A DNA stretch of 64,000 nt, from NCBI GenBank assembly GCA_028023455.1, contig JAQFVV010000007.1, forward strand, positions 14,074,001 through 14,138,000, read 5' to 3'. How positions within the stretch are numbered: position 1 is the stretch's first letter; each line of letters opens with the position of its first letter. The notes beneath the pieces were generated by a model. It saw only the letters and a program-made list of their open reading frames with translations. It made no database searches and had not been told where the DNA came from. The position numbers were made by a program, and so were the translations under genes. This DNA is from Epiperipatus broadwayi (lineage: Eukaryota > Animalia > Onychophora). Below are positions 37,572-50,799 of this stretch, piece by piece.

Positions 37572-38130
37572 TCTTTGAAAAATGTTTCAGTAAAAGACAT
37601 TTTAATTAAAATGTTATTTGGATTACCCCATATGTCATAAAATTACTAGATCTACAACAGTAACTTACCTTGGTTTGTTTTTGAATGAACATTTACATTG
37701 GCATAAATATATTCTTTCCCATCAAGTTAAATTGAGAAAATTAAATTTTCTCTTTTATAAATTAAGTGACTTTTTTGCATAAATCTATTCTGTTAAATGT
37801 ATACAAACAGATATGTTTAAGCAAATTAGTCATGTTATGGAACTAATGTGAGACTTATTGTTGCCATTAGTTATAACAAATTTTATTATATGTTTTTTTA
37901 ATGTTTTGAATAAAAAAACTTTCTTTATCAAATTTTGAAAAGGACTTGATGAATCAATCTTTCATTAAAAACATCTTCATGTTGGAACATTTTGTTTTTA
38001 CAATTAAACCTTATAAGGGTAGCTTACAATGCAGTTCAAACCAACCCTTATGTATCCACAACATCAAAATAAACCCATGAAAAACATAAACTGAGACAAT
38101 GGATTAGATAGCCATTATCTATTATATTTC
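37384..38130 (+). mobile_element. CR1/L2-like LINE RT remnant, interrupted by (AT)n
   Basis: FADDNA at 37384, NEDLLKTAQWMNKN, YLGLFLNEHLHWHKYI at 37666. Confidence 0.75.
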
Positions 38131-39452
38131 TTTTTATGCAAATAGACATATAGGCATATACACACTCAAAGTATCTTTTAATAAATACCAAACCAAAATA
38201 ATGCTAAGTTAAAGTAAATGTTTTATTTCAATGTAAAATAACAACCTAATGATAGAAACCTCTCATATCTATACCAATAATGACTCATTGGTCAATGTGT
38301 AAAAGTCACAATATAAGACAGTAACTTAGTAGATATGGTGATAACCTGATGTCAAGTCAATACCTAAGCAATCAAGTATTAGATAATGAGAATAGAATTT
38401 TACTAGGTAACTTTACTACATAATAATAGTAATATAACAATCATTAATTTGTGCAACAATCAGCACATACAGTGATGGAAAAGAAATGTGAGTTTGCGAA
38501 ACAATGGGAATGAGGTGCAGTATAAATACAAACCCAGTTCATTTCCACTCTCTTTCATATTTTATCACAGAATATAATAATTGAGACTGTAAATATCTTA
38601 AAATCAAACATCACAATGCAGGAGAAAATGGATGGACATGTTTGAAAATACCATTTTAATTGTATAAAATTTTATAGTGCTAAAAGTTGAAAGAACTGAT
38701 AGTCATCATTTAAAATGGCAAAATATTATGAATTTTAGCAGCATAACAAAAGAACTGAAATAATTTTACATTGATAATCAAAGACAAAAGAATATACTAT
38801 CAATCAGACAAGAAGAAAAAGGAATATTATACTGCGAGCATATACATATAAACAATGGAGTAAAATGTTTCTTTGCATAAATTTATTAAACACCAAATAA
38901 TAAGCTAAAGAAAATTAAATATTTATAAATTATTAAACAATGGTTACTGGCTAGATAAATGTGTCATAGGGACAGGGTGCTGCCTTAATTGCCATAAAGC
39001 ATGATGATTTAATTCACTTATTAAATAATGCCTAGAAAAATGCAAAATGACTCATCTGGAGTGTCTGAATGAATGCAGGAAGAAAGTAATGTCTGAAATG
39101 GAAACAACCTCATTTAAGCACAAGAGAATCTGAGTGAGTGAGAGAGGATTTATTAGAGTGAATTGATTAGGAGATAAATACGCTGTATCCATGAGAGAAA
39201 TTAATGTTAAAATTATAAACTTTAATCAGGAAAGTTTGAACAAAATCAAATTTATTAGGTGTTATTTATTTATTTTGCTTTGTATGTTTGTAAAATTCTA
39301 TCTTCATTTGTCTCTCACATTTGGAAGTTTCAGCATATTTGCAGTTGGAAGATTTCATTGCAATAAAAAGTAACATAATGCAGTGGGGAAGCTTTATTAG
39401 GCTAGAAAATCTTTTTTTTTGTAAATAAAATTTAGGTTAATTCTCTCTATAG

Positions 39453-39489
39453 TAACATGATATCTGATCATCATATAATATGGGATGAG
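39453..39489 (+). CDS. Candidate 37-nt exon (xNMISDHHIIWDE)
   Basis: ttaattctctctatag acceptor, GAG|gtaaga donor; only one frame open. Confidence 0.35.
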
Positions 39490-41791
39490 GTAAGAATTTT
39501 TGTTACTCTTCCATATTAATTCATGCACTAGTACAGGAGAAAGTTTGTGTTATTTGTTTGTTTACATTTAACTAATAATCATTAGACTTAGTTTATTCAG
39601 TGTGAATGACTAATGGTCTCATGTGAACATTCTTTTCTATTAATGTTCAGAAACTTGTACATAGTTATGGGGTTCCCAAAGAAGATGGAACCTCTACAGC
39701 TGAAATTGGATAATGGAGCTATTGTAAATACAGTAAAATAATCTTATAAATAGTCAGCTTTCGATAGTTAAGACTATGAACTTATAATTTTTTTTTTTGC
39801 CAATTTTATTTGCTTTGTGAATAATGAGTCTCTATTGATGCATATCTACCATGGATAAGAGTTGGAGTAATAGATAATTTTAATCATTGTTATGGTAGAG
39901 ATATATATTGGCACATGTGATTACATTTTTTACTATGTTAATAGAGTTTTGATTTTTTATCTGTTATGAATAAATTTTGTTAATGTGTTTAAATCAAATT
40001 GGTCTATGGTTTATGAAATTTGTTTATACTCTCACTCATCAATTTAATTATATAAGTCAATAGAAACTTATATAGAGCTGTGACAGTTGCTACACAAAGT
40101 AAATTCACTTTTGAAGAGAGTCTAAGGCGACATTCTCCCTGGGTTTGAATACTGAGGCGTAATAAAATTCAAAGGAGAGGTGAGACATGGATGAACTGGT
40201 CTAAATTATATCTATATTTAATGAGTAAACTTAGAGCTATCCCATTGGACATGGATATGGTCATTGGTTATTTATTTCATTGCATCATTAACAGCATCCT
40301 ACCTGAAGACCCTAGCTCTGACTTAGTCAAATGTGATCCCTCTCCTATGGTTACCATTACAACCTTTTTTCTATGAATTATTTAATTATTTTTACCTAAT
40401 AATTTATAAGTTTAAGCCTTCAAATAATACAAGTTTAGAATATTAGTGTTTTTTTTAAAACATGAAAATAAATATCTACATAATATTCTTACCTCTAACA
40501 ATGCAGCATACTGCTTCTGGATATAATTTACCTATTCAAAATGTTAGAAGAATAAAATATTGAAGACTTGAATTTTATGATATTAAGAAAGGATATATTT
40601 AGAATTAGTTATTATCAAAAGAAAAAAATTTAAAAATTAATAAATAATTTATTGTTATTAAAATTATATAGAGTACTTTATTTACTGTTTTGAGAAAAGC
40701 AACTTTTTTATCCAGTAGAAACTGTTTTCAGATGCTGTAATGAACTTTCAAAGAGTTGTTTTTTTTTAAAAAATAAAGTTTTCAAAGACAATCTCCTATT
40801 AATAACAAATATTTAGGTTTTAAAATAATTATTTTACAAAAGGATTACCTCATAATCATTAATTTGTAAACCAATTACATTTTGTCCTTAAAAATCTACA
40901 CTAATCATTAATTCAACCTCAGACTAAAACACTCAGCCAATCAGAAATTTGTCACTTCTTTTTTAGTTTTATCACAACAATAGGATAAAGTCAATCATGC
41001 AAGTACATGTATATAATGCTGACATCTTCAGGTTTTATGTTACAAGTAATACATTAAATTGTATCAGCAGGTGAAAAAGGGAGCTGCAAATAGCCCTAAA
41101 ATATAATATAAAGTTATATATAGACAGGCTATAAATAATATAGAAAAGATAATGATCACAGTAAAATCATAATGTCTTTAATGAAAAATCTGATTAGAGT
41201 CACTGCTAAGCTTGTAAAATGAGTTAAAATTTAGCAAAACAAAAAACTAAAATTTGAAAAAGATGAGAAAAATTTGCATCCAAGTATAGACTATATGCAG
41301 TATGAGATACCATTAAAACAGGCAGTGGAAGAAATATAAAATTAAAATGTCATGAGAGGAATTCAAAATAATTTGATTTCTGCATAATAGAGACATACTC
41401 AGAAAGGTACTGAAAGGGGCACCTGTTCTTTTTTAAAAATATTCTAAATTTAAGGTGTTTGAAAATTGATAGGGATAATATATACTAGTTGTAGCAGTTT
41501 CAGGTTAATATAAACAAAATAATTTTATGACAAAACTCCCAGTGATGTCATACTTATCATTTTGTTCATTACTATTTTTAATAATATTATATCTTTCAAC
41601 TGTCTTCTATTTCATAGCAATTATTTATATAGCACTCAGAGGAGTACATCTTTTAATAATGATGAATATTATTGTAATGTTCTCTAACCATTATAAACTG
41701 CAGAGAAAATGGCCATTTTTATCTGTAGATCCAAGTGTTATATATTTCTCAGCTTTGTAATAATCTATTATTATACACATAATATTTATTA

Positions 41792-42345
41792 AGAAATGAT
41801 CTTAGAATATATATATATATAAATAAATTAATTGAAATGATCTTAGAATATATATATATATAAATAAACTAATTGAACCATAAATGAAGGTGGATTTCCA
41901 CCTTTATTGCTAAAAAGGGGGTTGCCTTGACAATAGATTGAGATTTTTGATTGTTAATTATATTAGGATTGTTTAAGTGTTGGCTGTTTTCATATATTTA
42001 CATTGAATACCTATCTAGCCTTGAATATTATTATGTAATGCAAGGTTGGAATGCAATTTAAAAGTTATAATTCCAATTTGAAAGTTGTAATGGACTATTT
42101 GTTAGTCTGCTTTCAGAACAGGTTACAGGTTATATTTACCTGATTTAATGAAGTTTATTTAAACTTTTTGTATTAATAATTTCATTTTCTGTAGTCAGAT
42201 TGCAACTTTTAATGTCTGCATAAATCTATTAGATTACAAATAAATGTGGATTTCCACCTTTATTGATTAAAAGCAGTTGCCTTGACAACAGATTAATATT
42301 GTTTATAACATTGGTATTGTTTATGTGTTGACTGCTTTCCTGAAT
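41792..42345 (+). repeat. Local duplications (~45-bp tandem pair; ~110-bp pair ~360 bp apart)
   Basis: gaaatgatcttagaatatatat..taattgaa x2; gtggatttccacctttattg..gttgccttgacaa at ~41890 and ~42245. Confidence 0.7.
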
Positions 42346-43189
42346 TTATATATATATATATCATATTTTTATCAATAATTATTGATTTTTCTCACACTAC
42401 TGCAAACTATTGATCCGCTTTATACTTTTATTTAAATAGTACATTTTAATTCAGAATATTTTAAAAAATTTAACAGAAAAGTTTGAAATTTTTATAGATA
42501 TGAATATATGTTTAATATCTAGGATAATGACCTACAAGTAAGGGATTAAAATAAAGGAATTATTTTTCAGGGTGGGAGTAGGTGGACATTTCAATGTTTT
42601 TTATTAACAGATATAAAAATAATAAACACAGAAATAATATATATATGAACATGTGTTCAAGATAATAAAATCTCCACTGGATACTTTTTTGTAGTATTTA
42701 ATCATAAACACATTATAACCAGTAAAAATTTAGTTTACCATTTTTCAAAATAATTATGATAGACACTATTGATTAGAACACTGAAAACAAATGGTAGTAC
42801 TTTAGAGTTTTCTCTCTGCTATTTTGGTATCTAATGGGAGTTCCAAATTTACTGCTGACTCAACCAAGTGCTAAATAAAGTCAAATAACACTGGGAAGCA
42901 CTATCGGTACTGTTCCAATTATTTTGATCATTAGTTCAAAAATCACAATTTTCATCAACAATTAAAATATAAGCATGCAAATTTTGTAGAACTATGCTCA
43001 GTCAGAAAAACCAAATCAAAATATCAAATGTACTAAAATTTAGAAAATGATTGGGTTGAAAATAAAAGACAAAAACCACATGACCAAAAAGATCAAATTA
43101 CTTGCTACAATCAAATAGAAAAGTGATCATCATGTGACCATAATCTCTCCCCCCCAACTGAATAGCAATAAGATATTTTACTTTAAAAA

Positions 43190-44960
43190 TAATCTATTAT
43201 AAAATAAATCTAATATTATAATAAACTAATAAATTCACATAAAAGGATTTCAATTTATTGTATGTAAACTAATACATTTTACTTTTAAAATATAGTGGTA
43301 TGTAAGGGCTTGAGTAAACATAAGAATGGCAGCTAAAAAAACTGCATAAGCTAAAACAAGAAATATACTTAAGCTAAATTAACAGGGAAAAAACAACAAA
43401 TCTACATAAAAAGATTCCAATTTATTATGTGTAAACTAATACAGTTTGTTCTTAAATTATGGTGGTAACCACATGTTTATTAAAACATAAGAATATCAGC
43501 TGAAGGAAAAAATGCATAATCTAAAATAATCTAATATTATAATTAACCATACAAAAAACAATAAATCCACATCTTCAGCGTTTATTATTGAGAAATAAAT
43601 GGAGTTTTTATTCTATATAAATATGTTCAAATTTATTCTGATATGGTAAAGCATTTTAGTTTTAACCTATCTGTTTTTCAAGCTGTTGCATTATTGGTCT
43701 GGAAGTCAAAAAAATTTAATTTGTGTTTTTGCCCTCTATTGAGAAGTTTTGCAAACGTTTTATTAAAACTTTCAAATTCATGTATTTTTTTTCTAATATT
43801 TTAATTTCAAAATTTTTTTTAAGATATTAAGATAATCAAAAAAATGGGAATTTCAAAATAAGGTACATTCCACAATGATGAACATTCATTTTATTTCTGG
43901 CAGTCTCAAACTGTGTGGTAAATTTGCAATATTACTTTGAGAAAATACTATGAATGACTACAACATGAATTTTTCGAAAGTTTACGATTATTTTTGAAGA
44001 ATAATTGAATGATAATTATTAGAAATTAAAAATATACAATTATTTCATATTTATTTTTTACAGAAATGTTTTATTTTTAAATATAAAAAAATATATTCTG
44101 AATAATATCACCATAGAGATTACAGCTAGGGGAACTACAACTGTCTAGTAATGCTGTCACTAAGTAGTCTGTTATAAGATTTAGCAATATCATAAAAATT
44201 ACAAAAAAAATATTTTTAAAGCATAAATTGATAGATTTACTAAATATTAAAAATAATTTTGTTCAGATATTTAAAACAAACATCAACAAAGAAAGTTTTG
44301 TTCATTTTGCAAATTAAATCTGCTCCACCTGAAATTTGATGACAAAATAGTGCTTTGTTTTGATTAAAATCTAATTTTTAAAATAATTCCAAACATCAAA
44401 TGTGATTTTTAAAAATGTATTTAATTTGTAAGCAAAAATATCTATCAAATGAGGTCAAATTTATTATATTCTGATAAATAATAATGGTTTAATATTAAAG
44501 TGAAAATGGAAAGCTTAAAGCAAGTGAGAACAAAAAAAATCTGTCAGAATACAGGAGGGGTAAAATACAGCACAGAACAAGCTCATATGCTAAAAACAGC
44601 ATCCAAAAGTAAAATTGCATAAACTAAAACAAGAAATGTGCTTAAACTAAAGTAATTTTATATTATAATTAACCAAAGAAAAACATATTTACATAAAAAA
44701 AATCCAGTTTATTGCGTGTAAATCTAATGCCTTTTATTATTAAAATATTGTGATAATCACATGCTAAATAAACTTAAACAGTGACAGCAAAAAAGTGCAT
44801 AATCTCAAACAAGAATTATGCATAATCTAAAATAAGCTAATATAATTAATCATAAAAGTACAATAAATCTACATTAGCAGAATTGATTATTGAGCAGCAA
44901 ATGAAACATTTTTAATCTATATAAAAAAGTTCAAATTTATTCTGATATAGTAAAGCATTT
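43190..44960 (+). repeat. Duplicated AT-rich minisatellite-like block
   Basis: tgcataa(g/t)ctaaaa(c/t)aa subunits; gttcaaatttattctgatat(g/a)gtaaagcattt at ~43625 and ~44930. Confidence 0.65.
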
Positions 44961-45890
44961 CATTTTTAAAATATGAGCAGAACAAGCACATGTGTTGGAG
45001 TTAACATAAAAATGGATAAGAAGTTGTATAAACAACATATTAATTGTATAATTAATAACAAAAATGTTTTTTTTCTTTACCAGAAAGCAAGTAATGTTAT
45101 GTGCCAGTCTCTTTTCTCACATATAGCTATAAAAGAAAAAAACTAGAGATGAAAAAAGCTACCAATACATGATAATCAGCTCAAAGAAGAAGAGTTCATA
45201 CTTGATCACATGATGTAGTGATGTCCTTATGGACTTTTTTAATTTAAACCCATCTACATACCCTCTTATTGGTTAACATCGAAGTTACTTTTTCCATCAA
45301 CAAATGAATAAAAAAATCCATATTATAAATCACTCTCCCAAACTTTAAAACTTTTCATGCCCTCTATGAATATTATTTCTGTCAGCAGTGGATTTAGTAC
45401 TCATCTTAGAAACTAAAATGGTGAGAGTGCACTCTAAACCAGTATCGATGAAGTACTACAAAAAAAAAGTAAAATTTTTCTTATTTGTTATCATATTAAT
45501 ATGTAATATTAAAAAATATAGCATGAATTGTCATGCAAATTTGTTGAAGGTAAGAATTCCTCCTGCAGCCATGTAAATAATGTTAAGATCTTGCAGGAAC
45601 CTCTATGTATAAATGTGAGTCAGACACAAAGGTCAGACAAACGTTTTTGCACAAGAAATGAATGTTCTTCAGGTAGCAGTCAGAAAGATTTTTGCTGTCA
45701 GTAAATTTATGTCATATATATATAATTATATTTTCATATGGTCAATGCAGGAAAAGCAAATAACTTCATTTTTTCTGTGGCTTAAATCCAGAATCTCTAC
45801 AATACTGTGTCTACTTAATTGAAGTCTAAATCACTGAATCCCAAGATTAGTAGAAACTATATTGAAGAAAAAAATTAAATTTAGAAAAAC

Positions 45891-46101
<211 letters not shown>

Positions 46102-46249
46102 GGATATAAGTAAATAGAATGAAACATACATGACTGAATTAAATATTTTCAAAAGTAGTTTTATTATAGGAATATATTTGATATTAATACATTAAATATT
46201 GTTCAATAGGTAGATACATATTTGGAACCTAGATTAATATAACACTGCT

Positions 46250-47060
46250 AATGATTAGTTCTGCATAACCATGTAAGTCCTGTGCTTATCCTCTGTAACA
46301 TGGCAGAATTTGGGAAGTATAAAAATTTGAAAAAGACTCCAGGTTTCTTCGAACAGGAATTTGGATGAAAGGATCTTGTCTTTTTCATGAATTTTCCCTA
46401 AGAGTTTAATGAATGAATTATCTGGGTCAGGTGGAGGGATTGTAAATTGTCTTTTGCACCTAACAATCCAGATTGGTTAGAAAGTGCAGCATTCTGATTG
46501 TTGGGAAATGTCTAAATGTCTGCTCTGGATGCAATCTTTCAGCAATAGAATGTTATAATAGTCTATTTTGGAGTTTTGATAAATTGTTGGTTTGATGTTG
46601 CCAAGCCTAGTGCATGAATTGATTAGGCAACTTGGGCAGATAGGGTCTAATATTGTTGAAAAATCTTTTATAATGAATGAACCAGTTTGTGTGCATGTCC
46701 CCAAGATTAACTTTGATAAGATAGTTTAGAAATTTAGTTTAGAATTTGAAAAGTGTAGTTATTTTGTAGTTAGTAATGCCAAGCAAAGGCTTAATTGTGA
46801 TTAATTCTGAGTTAATTGCCCAGTGGGCTTCCCAGATAGAAATTTTTGTTTTGAATGGACATTGTAAAGAGCTTATGTGTTGATTAAGCAGGTGGAGGAT
46901 TTGGTCTAGCCAGCATTTTTTATGAGATGATGGTCTAATAATGACAACAATTTAAAGACTATCTGCTATATACTTGAATTTGAGAATATATTTTTGATAA
47001 TAATATATTGAGCAGTCCAATCAGATCTGATGGGGACTGAGAAACTATTACATAGTTCGT
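46250..47060 (-). mobile_element. Jockey/I-group LINE RT and post-RT remnant
   Basis: Frameshifted YAD, WEAHWAINS, IRPYL..AW..NLSKLQNRLL..FPTIRMLHFLTNL. Confidence 0.6.
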
Positions 47061-49349
47061 TTCTGCAATTAGCCTAAATGAGAAAAATTAGAATAGAAAT
47101 GTCTGATAAATTGAATGACATTTTATTGTTTTATTGTTATCATTTTGATGTTCGAACTTAGTACTTATCTTTAAAAAAAGTTCACAAAAACAATAGCGTT
47201 AGGCGCCCATGTTTAATTACATATTGTTTTGATAAAAATCTTTTAATCACAGAACATGCATCTTTATATGTGCACGCATGTGTATATTTGTCCTTCTGTG
47301 CGAATAAACATAACGGGTGACGCTAAAACAAGCAATAGTTATAGAAGTTTCTAAATACTGTACCAAATTATGCTTCCCCATTTTCTCATCTTTTCTTTGC
47401 ATTCTGAGAAATTCGTCACTGACAAATAAAATTTTTAGAAGTTGTCTGTAATTTATTTAACCGAATCCAAAGTAAAAGCTTTTTGTTAACATTTGGCAAA
47501 TTTCGCTCGAAGCTTCGTTCTTATTTCCAAGTGTTGAACGGGAGAGTTGGATGGCTAGAAAAATAATTTTGGTTGACTAATAAACTTCTTTCCTGGTATC
47601 ACCTCCATCTGTCCAATTACTAATGGACTCCTGACATTTTGTCAGAAAAGTTAAAGTGTGCCGAGTGTCTGGCTAACCACATTAAAGAATATGAAAAGAG
47701 AAGGAAAAATCCTTCGCATGATACCATTGAAAATGCTTGAGGGAACAAAAAAGGAATGAAGTCGTTTTGTTTAAAATATAATGAATCAAACTTGTCAGTT
47801 GTGGAATTGTCTTTTTTTTTATATGTTTAATAATTAAATTCTTTTAAATTAAGTAGTATAGGCTTTTGAAGAATCTTAATTATTTTAATTATTGTCATTT
47901 TTAACTTTATTTATTTATTTATAAGCGTTAAATGTGGAAGTCGTCCTGTATAGTTTAGTGCCATCTTAGTGCGGCGATTTGAAGTTAGTTCTGAAATAAT
48001 TTTCAGCTCAATCTGATAGTTTAGTGCTCCAATATCACATGATAATTCTAAGCAACTTACTCTATGATTATATATGCATAGTCAAATGACTCTTGTTATC
48101 ATTAGGAAGCATCAAGTAAACAACGACTTCTATCAGTCATGTGATTTTTATCATTATTATGATGATATAATCCATGTACATCATTGCTATTGTGCTATCA
48201 TTCCTCAATGTCCAATTTTTACATCCATAGGTAGTCACTGTAAACATACACTTATTTTATTGCAAGTTAGTACTTAAAAATATTTCAAACAAGCCTACAA
48301 CACCTATTTTAATAATTGTAATACAGGCATACTTCATATACCTGGAGTTTAATTTAATTATTGGAGATTTGAACACAGATTTTCAAGCTCTTTTCAACTA
48401 TTTACTTTATTTTATACACATTTATGTGATCACATGTATCGGCTGTACAAAATAGAGGGGTTAGCTGAATAGGGCTTCAAAATTTGTCTTCTAATCCCCT
48501 ATAATACTTATTTTATTAAATATTTTTACTGTACTGCATGGCTTGATATAGTGGCATTTTTTTTTGATATCAAAGTCCATGAATTTTAGCCCAGTTCTGT
48601 ATTCCCAGCCACTCAAACTTTTTATAAAATCCCAAGGAATAAATTATTTAATTATTTTTTATTTAAATCCATAGTAATAGGCATCATGTTAAGTTTTCTA
48701 ACTGTATTATAATTTAGTAAAATCATCGATTATAAATATAAATGATTATTTTTTTGTATGAATTTTTGACATCCCAAACCATGTCATTGGCTTTTTTTTT
48801 CATAATGATTGGTAAATATGTGAGTAATAATTTGTATTACATGCCCAATATTATAACAGTTGACTGATCTATTAGATGCCCTCTAAAAAATGTGTTTTTA
48901 CTTATATCCCAGCTTTTAAAAAATTTCATGTGTCATATTACTTATGATAAATGATTTTATATGGCTGTCTTTGTTTTGCTTTAATTTATGCAAAAAATAA
49001 TCAATACTTTATTGCTCGAGAGTTTATAAGAAGTTCAACAATTAGAAATGTCAGAAATGGTAATAATCCATGAATCTTGATTTCAGAATCTTCTAATCTA
49101 CATTTGCATTAAACTATGAGAGTTTAGAAAAGGTTTGAGCATTGGAAGTGACAGAATAGGGCATGATCCATGACCTTGAGTTTTTGGGTTTGCCATATTA
49201 CTATTCCATCAAACCATGTACAGTTTTACCATGGTTGAAAATTGTTGGATTAAATAAATGAAAACATCAATATTATTTTCATTTTTAAGACTTTAATACA
49301 TTTGTGCAACCCCCCCCCCCCCCAATGCTATTAAATTCATTGGAATCAT

Positions 49350-49900
49350 TTTCAACCATTATCGATTTTATGTAGAAAGATGGTCTCTATCTGTCCAAGT
49401 TGGATCTAGATTTACTCAACTCTAATTTCTCCTCTCCACATCATACCCATTTTTTGTTTCATTCATATATGTCACATATAGTCTTTTTCTAGATCTTGTA
49501 TAATCTCTTGAGATCCAGTTTAAGATTTAAATTGTCCATTTATTATCATTTCTTCTAGAAATATGTTCAGTCCAGTTCCAATTTGATGTCACATAATTCT
49601 TTTAATGATATCAGTACACTTATTTGTTTTCTCACTCTTGTATTTTATTTCTGATTTCTGTTTTTACTCCAAACATATATGTCTCCATAATTCATTTAGG
49701 GGCCTGAAGTTTCTGTTTTGCTATTTGGTTAAGTGCCCAGGTCTCAAATTCAAAAGTAGGAACAGAATGCTGTAACCAAGTAATATCACATGATCCTCAT
49801 TATTTCCAGTTCTTAAACTGATTCTAGAATATCTATAGTTATACTTTTAGGTAACTGTTTTCAAGCTTTAATAAGCATTTTGTATCATCAAGCTTTTTTA
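49350..49900 (-). mobile_element. RTE LINE 3' fragment
   Basis: SVPTFEFETWALN (VLTYGxETWTL-like); gagatccagtttaagattt shared with 25985 and 60855. Confidence 0.7.
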
Positions 49901-50799
49901 AAGCAAAACTATATTAAATTCACAAATATAAAGAAAAAGTCTTCTTATTTTTCAATCCAACAGTTTACACCCTTGATAAATTAAAGCTCTTCTTTATTTG
50001 ACACAGTGACAGAGTGGCAGATTTTGAAACTCAATGTGCATAGATTACACCTTATTCTCTTATTTTTTATGTTTAAAGTTGTTATGAATTCATAAGCAAT
50101 AAACCATTTGGCTACTTATATGAGAAATAAAGCAAATTCTATTTTCACATAAAATCACTTATAATCTTTTAACTTATTATTTGCTGATTATTTTATTGGC
50201 TTAGTGAGGTAAAAGTCTAAACTTTTAATTGGTCAATTCACAAACTCAACTGTCAAAATATATTCATCTTTTAATATTATATTCACTTTTGTTTCATTTG
50301 TAAAAAGTATATTAATAATTTGTCAGGTTATGAGAGTGAATGAAAGTTTTTTTCAAAAGTAATTTTTTTTCAAAAATAAATATTCGATAGTGGCAAATCT
50401 AAAACGAACATTAGTAACCAACTAAAATGTGTTGCTGACGTCAGTGATTTCTTTCTCAGTTTTATGTTCCCAAAAAGCAAATAATTTTTACTAAAATCGT
50501 ATATATTTTTCTATAATAATTTTATTTTTAGCATACTTTATCAAAATAATTTATAATATGTCAAAAAATACTTTTAAAATGGTCTAAAACATTCGTTTAT
50601 CACTTTCAAAATGAAAGAAAAGAAATTGTAGCGATTTAGTTATTAGCAAGCTATTTTCTTTGTTCTTGATGGTTAACAGCCAATCAGCATCAAGGATGGA
50701 CTGCCCTCTTTCTTTGTTAGACCTTCAATGTCAATTTTATTGATTTTTATTTGTAAAATAATTCAAGATAGGGTAGCATCTTACAAAACTTTTTATAAC

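Noticed and set aside
37660-37725. Minus-strand splice donor and exon (LDGKEYIYANV..)
   Set aside because: The plus strand encodes the LINE motif YLGLFLNEHLHW; no acceptor found.
40110-40160. tRNA-Leu-like GTCTAAGGCG..GGTTTGAATAC; also a selenocysteine reading of the in-frame TGA
   Set aside because: No cloverleaf; no SECIS or selenoprotein context seen.
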